A stretch of 64,000 nt of DNA, taken from positions 62,001 to 126,000 of the forward strand of contig NW_026515680.1 of NCBI RefSeq assembly GCF_025526975.1. The letters run 5' to 3'. Source of the stretch: Fimicolochytrium jonesii (taxonomy: Eukaryota). The notes under the pieces are model-generated. The model saw only the letters and a program-made list of their open reading frames with translations. It was not told the DNA's origin and did no database searches. Numbering within the stretch: position 1 is the first letter of the stretch; each line of letters begins with the position of its first letter. Shown in pieces: positions 60,835 to 64,000 of this stretch. A program made the translations under genes and the position numbers.

Positions 60835-63800
60835 ATGGGTGCCACCGAGTCCAAATTCCTGGCTCCTTATACCCTCCACAACCAGGCTTCAATCCCATAT
60901 TTCTTCTCCCCTGCAGCCGGAACAACACCGCCCATTGACTCGGCGGCGACTCTCCCTTCGTCGCCGGGAGATCACAATGCGATCTCCAACCCTTCCACTT
61001 CCGCTTTTACTATTCGGAAGGCGACAACGAAAGCGAATGGGATACCCGTGACCGTGTTTTCTTGGACTAAGAAGCAGGCAGCGGTGACGACGAATGAGAG
61101 GAATGCTGCAGGGGGGACCGGTGGTGACGACGCAGCGCATCTAGGGAAAGCTGTTCAGGTAAAACGCGAAGAAGCAATGCCGCGAGCAAAGCGAGCAATG
61201 TCGATGTCTGCGGCGGGCAGAGGGATTGCGGACTGCGACGAGCGAAGCGAGGCGCAGTGACACTTGAGAAAAGCGCGAGCGGAGCGAGACACACTGCGCC
61301 AACGCGCAATACTCTCTCAACCACGGCTCTCAGCGAGCCTCAGCGAGCGTCAGATCTTTTGCGAGCGAAGCAAGCTCCGCTCCGCCCACCGCAGCCCAAT
61401 CTCCTTATCGCGATCGGAGCGAGCACGGTATCGTCTAACAATCCGCCCAACGAACCGTCCTCCGCGTTTCAACCATCGCCCAACCATCCGTCTTTCGCTC
61501 AACAACATCAACTGACGCTTTTTGAACCCATGTAGAGACTGAAAACCATTCGACATCCAGGGATCATCCGTTTTATTGACGGCGTCGTTGACGAGAGTTG
61601 CGTAATCTATGTCACGGAGAATGTCGTACCCCTTAAGCAGGTCTTGATGGAGATGCCAGGGGAAGAGATCTGCATGGGACTCTTCAACCTGATCAAAACG
61701 ATCGAGTTCCTCCACTCCGAGATGCTCTCCCACAACAACATCCAGCTCGACTCGGTCTTTGTCACAGACTCTGCAAACGGCCGTCGATGGGTCCTCGGCG
61801 GAATGGAATACCTAACCTCGTTCAACGAACCCGCAACCTCCATCACCACCAACGTTCTCCCCAACCTCCACCGCCATTTCCCACCCCAAGACATCCCACC
61901 GGAAGACCAGCCCCTCTCATCCTCCTCCCAGCCCTTAATCCCAACCCAATCCGCCGCATCCCAAACACGGACCGAGGGCATCCAACCCGACGCGCGAGAC
62001 TGCTACTGCCTCGGCAGACTCATCTCCGAACTCATCCAACTCAAACTCCTGTCGCCGGACAGTGATACGGGACATCAGGACGGCACGGATCTTGTGGATT
62101 GGACTGGCTTGCATGCGATTGCGGATGCGTTGGCGAGTGCGAACCCGACGGAGAGGAAGAGGGCCAGTGAAGTGGTGCGGAGTGAGTGGTTTGAGGGAAA
62201 TCCGATCATCAATGTTGTGGAGAACTTTTTGAAGGAGATTAGGGTTGTGCCGGTTGAGGTGAAGAAGGAGCGGTTCAGGTGGGTTTTTCGTGAGGCTGGA
62301 AATGAGGTGCCTTGGGCCGTTGCTGATACATCCATCGCCAAACAGACATCTGCCAACAGAGCTCCGAGCCCTACCCCTCAACACAACCATCTCCTACGTC
62401 CTTCCCCTCGTTCTAACCCCCGAATTCGCATCCGAGCCCGGCGCTCAAGGACTGTACGAACAACTCTTCACACCCCTGCACTATGTGGATGGGACCGATC
62501 ATCACTCTGAGGAACCGCAGGGGTTGCTCCCAATTGAAACGTACAAGGAAACGGTTTTACCGTTTATTGTACGGCTGTGGAGGAGCAGGAGTTATAGCGC
62601 GAGGATGTTGGTTTTGGATCTGTTTGAATGGTATGTTTGTTGCGAACTCTACGGTATTCCTATCGTGTGGGCAAATTCCAATGACCCACATCGTTCCTTC
62701 CTTTTGCTCAGCTACTTCACCCACCTCCTAACCCAACAGCCAACCAACCTCGAATCCCTCCTCATCCCCGAACTTATCCTCGGCCTCGACGAAGCAGACG
62801 ACGCAGTCTACCTCCTCTCGCTCAAAGCGCTTTCCCTCGCGACCGAAAAGCTCGGATTGGACAGCATCCCACCCCACGCCGGCGCAAGCTCCCCAAAGCC
62901 CGTCCTTTCGCGCACCGGCTCAGATTCCAACTCCGCAAACACAAAACGAACACCCGTAGCCCGCCTCCCATCCCTCCAAGACGTGAAACACCATAAAGAA
63001 AAGGCGGGTGACGATAAACCTCTCCCCAGACCACCCCCCCACCGCACACCCTCCACACCCGCCTTCCACCCGGGAGCAGCCGACTGGAACATCCGCATCG
63101 AGACCGCTTCCCCACTCCCAGACGCATCCACCATCACCCCACCCCGCCTCTCCCGGACACCCACATCCACAACCCTCCCGCCCCTCCCCCTCGACCCTTC
63201 CCCGCAACCACCGCCGAAAGACACACATCAGAGAGGTGAAGGGGAGGGCGAGCGATACACCCCGCAGTATTTGGTGGAGACATATTTGATTCCGCATCTA
63301 CTGAGCGTGTGCGTGAGTGAACATCTCGTGGCGGAGTTGGCTGAGGATGGGATGGGAAGGGCGTGGATGCCGCTGGACGCCGTTGTGGGGCTTTGGAAAC
63401 GGTTTTGTGAGGTGGAGGCGCTCGGAAAGGTACTATCGTGTCATGTGATTCATTCTGCGTGCTCTGCGTTGCGATATAGTGGAGCTAACGGATATTGATT
63501 GGACGCGGGCAGGCAACGCAAGACATCCGCACGGCCACAGCCTCCCTCACCAAATCCTTCCATTTGGTCCTCAAAGCCCTCCCTGCGAAACTCAAGATTG
63601 AGTTTTACACACGGCGGCTGTTGGGCGATGTCGTTGGTGGGACGAACGAGGAGGGTGATGGGGGTGATGTGGTTGAGTCGAAGATGGTTTTGTGGATGTA
63701 TAGGGCGGTGGAGTTGGGTGTGCCGTTCATCAAGGACGAAAATCGGTATGGGTTTTGTGGCTTCGTTTGGCGTTTTCGTTGTGTTGTGTGACCGCACCTT

Positions 63801-64000
63801 TCATGTCAATCGAATTGACCCCGTTTCTGCTCACACATGTTGTGTTTTAACAGCGACGTCCGCCGCACCCTCGCCCCCACCGTCTCCCACCTCATAACCC
63901 TCATCTCAACCTTCCTCGACCGCGCCCCGACGATCGCGCGCAAACGCGACGAAAGCTCCGTTGTGAATCGATTACGGAAGGTGTATAAAAACAGGTTGGA
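60835..64000 (+). CDS. SCYL3: SCY1-like pseudokinase, SCYL3/PACE-1 type (3' end beyond the window)
   Basis: N-myristoylation-like MGATES, then KAVQ|RLKTIRHPGIIRF, YVTENVVPL, EEICMGLFNLIKTIEFLH, LSHNNIQLDSVFV, WVLGGME and a later HEAT-like region (LIPELILGLDEADD). Confidence 0.85.
61175..61430 (+). repeat. Intronic GC-rich hairpin repeat, copy B (inside the 377-nt intron 61159-61535)
   Basis: Core 61277-61380 is homologous to the reverse complement of 804-907. Multiple CGAGC(G/A)(A/G)AGCGAG motifs. Confidence 0.75.

Overview
Eukaryotic nuclear DNA with short GT-AG introns, most likely from a zoosporic fungus (chytrid-type). It combines fungal-type genes (KCH, GGA, stand-alone URA5, CsbD/Hmp1-like) with the centriole gene POC5 and an animal-like SCYL3 pseudokinase. 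About 20 protein-coding genes can be reconstructed by eye: a Cys-rich GPI-type surface protein, a histidine acid phosphatase, profilin, a cAMP-receptor-like GPCR, KCH, a half-size ABCA transporter, a 7TM orphan receptor plus a decayed inverted paralog, COG2, POC5, a PPR protein, an ectodomain plus multi-TM protein, LCB2, URA5, PIG-A/GPI3, RRP7, CSN2, GGA and SCYL3 (runs off the end). Gene-poor stretches (about 20-22.7 kb, 24.5-25.5 kb, 28.7-30.6 kb, 34.5-38.5 kb) hold gene relics and dispersed repeats. The main unexplained signals are (1) a homologous element rich in GNA-triloop hairpin motifs, in sense orientation inside the two unusually long introns at opposite ends of the window; (2) a recurring C-rich to G-rich compositional flip inside exons that drives synonymous codon choice; (3) a TA-flanked MITE and a second hairpin element. 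No rRNA, tRNA or CRISPR array was seen. All family calls come from visual motif recognition, not database searches, and CDS coordinates span introns.
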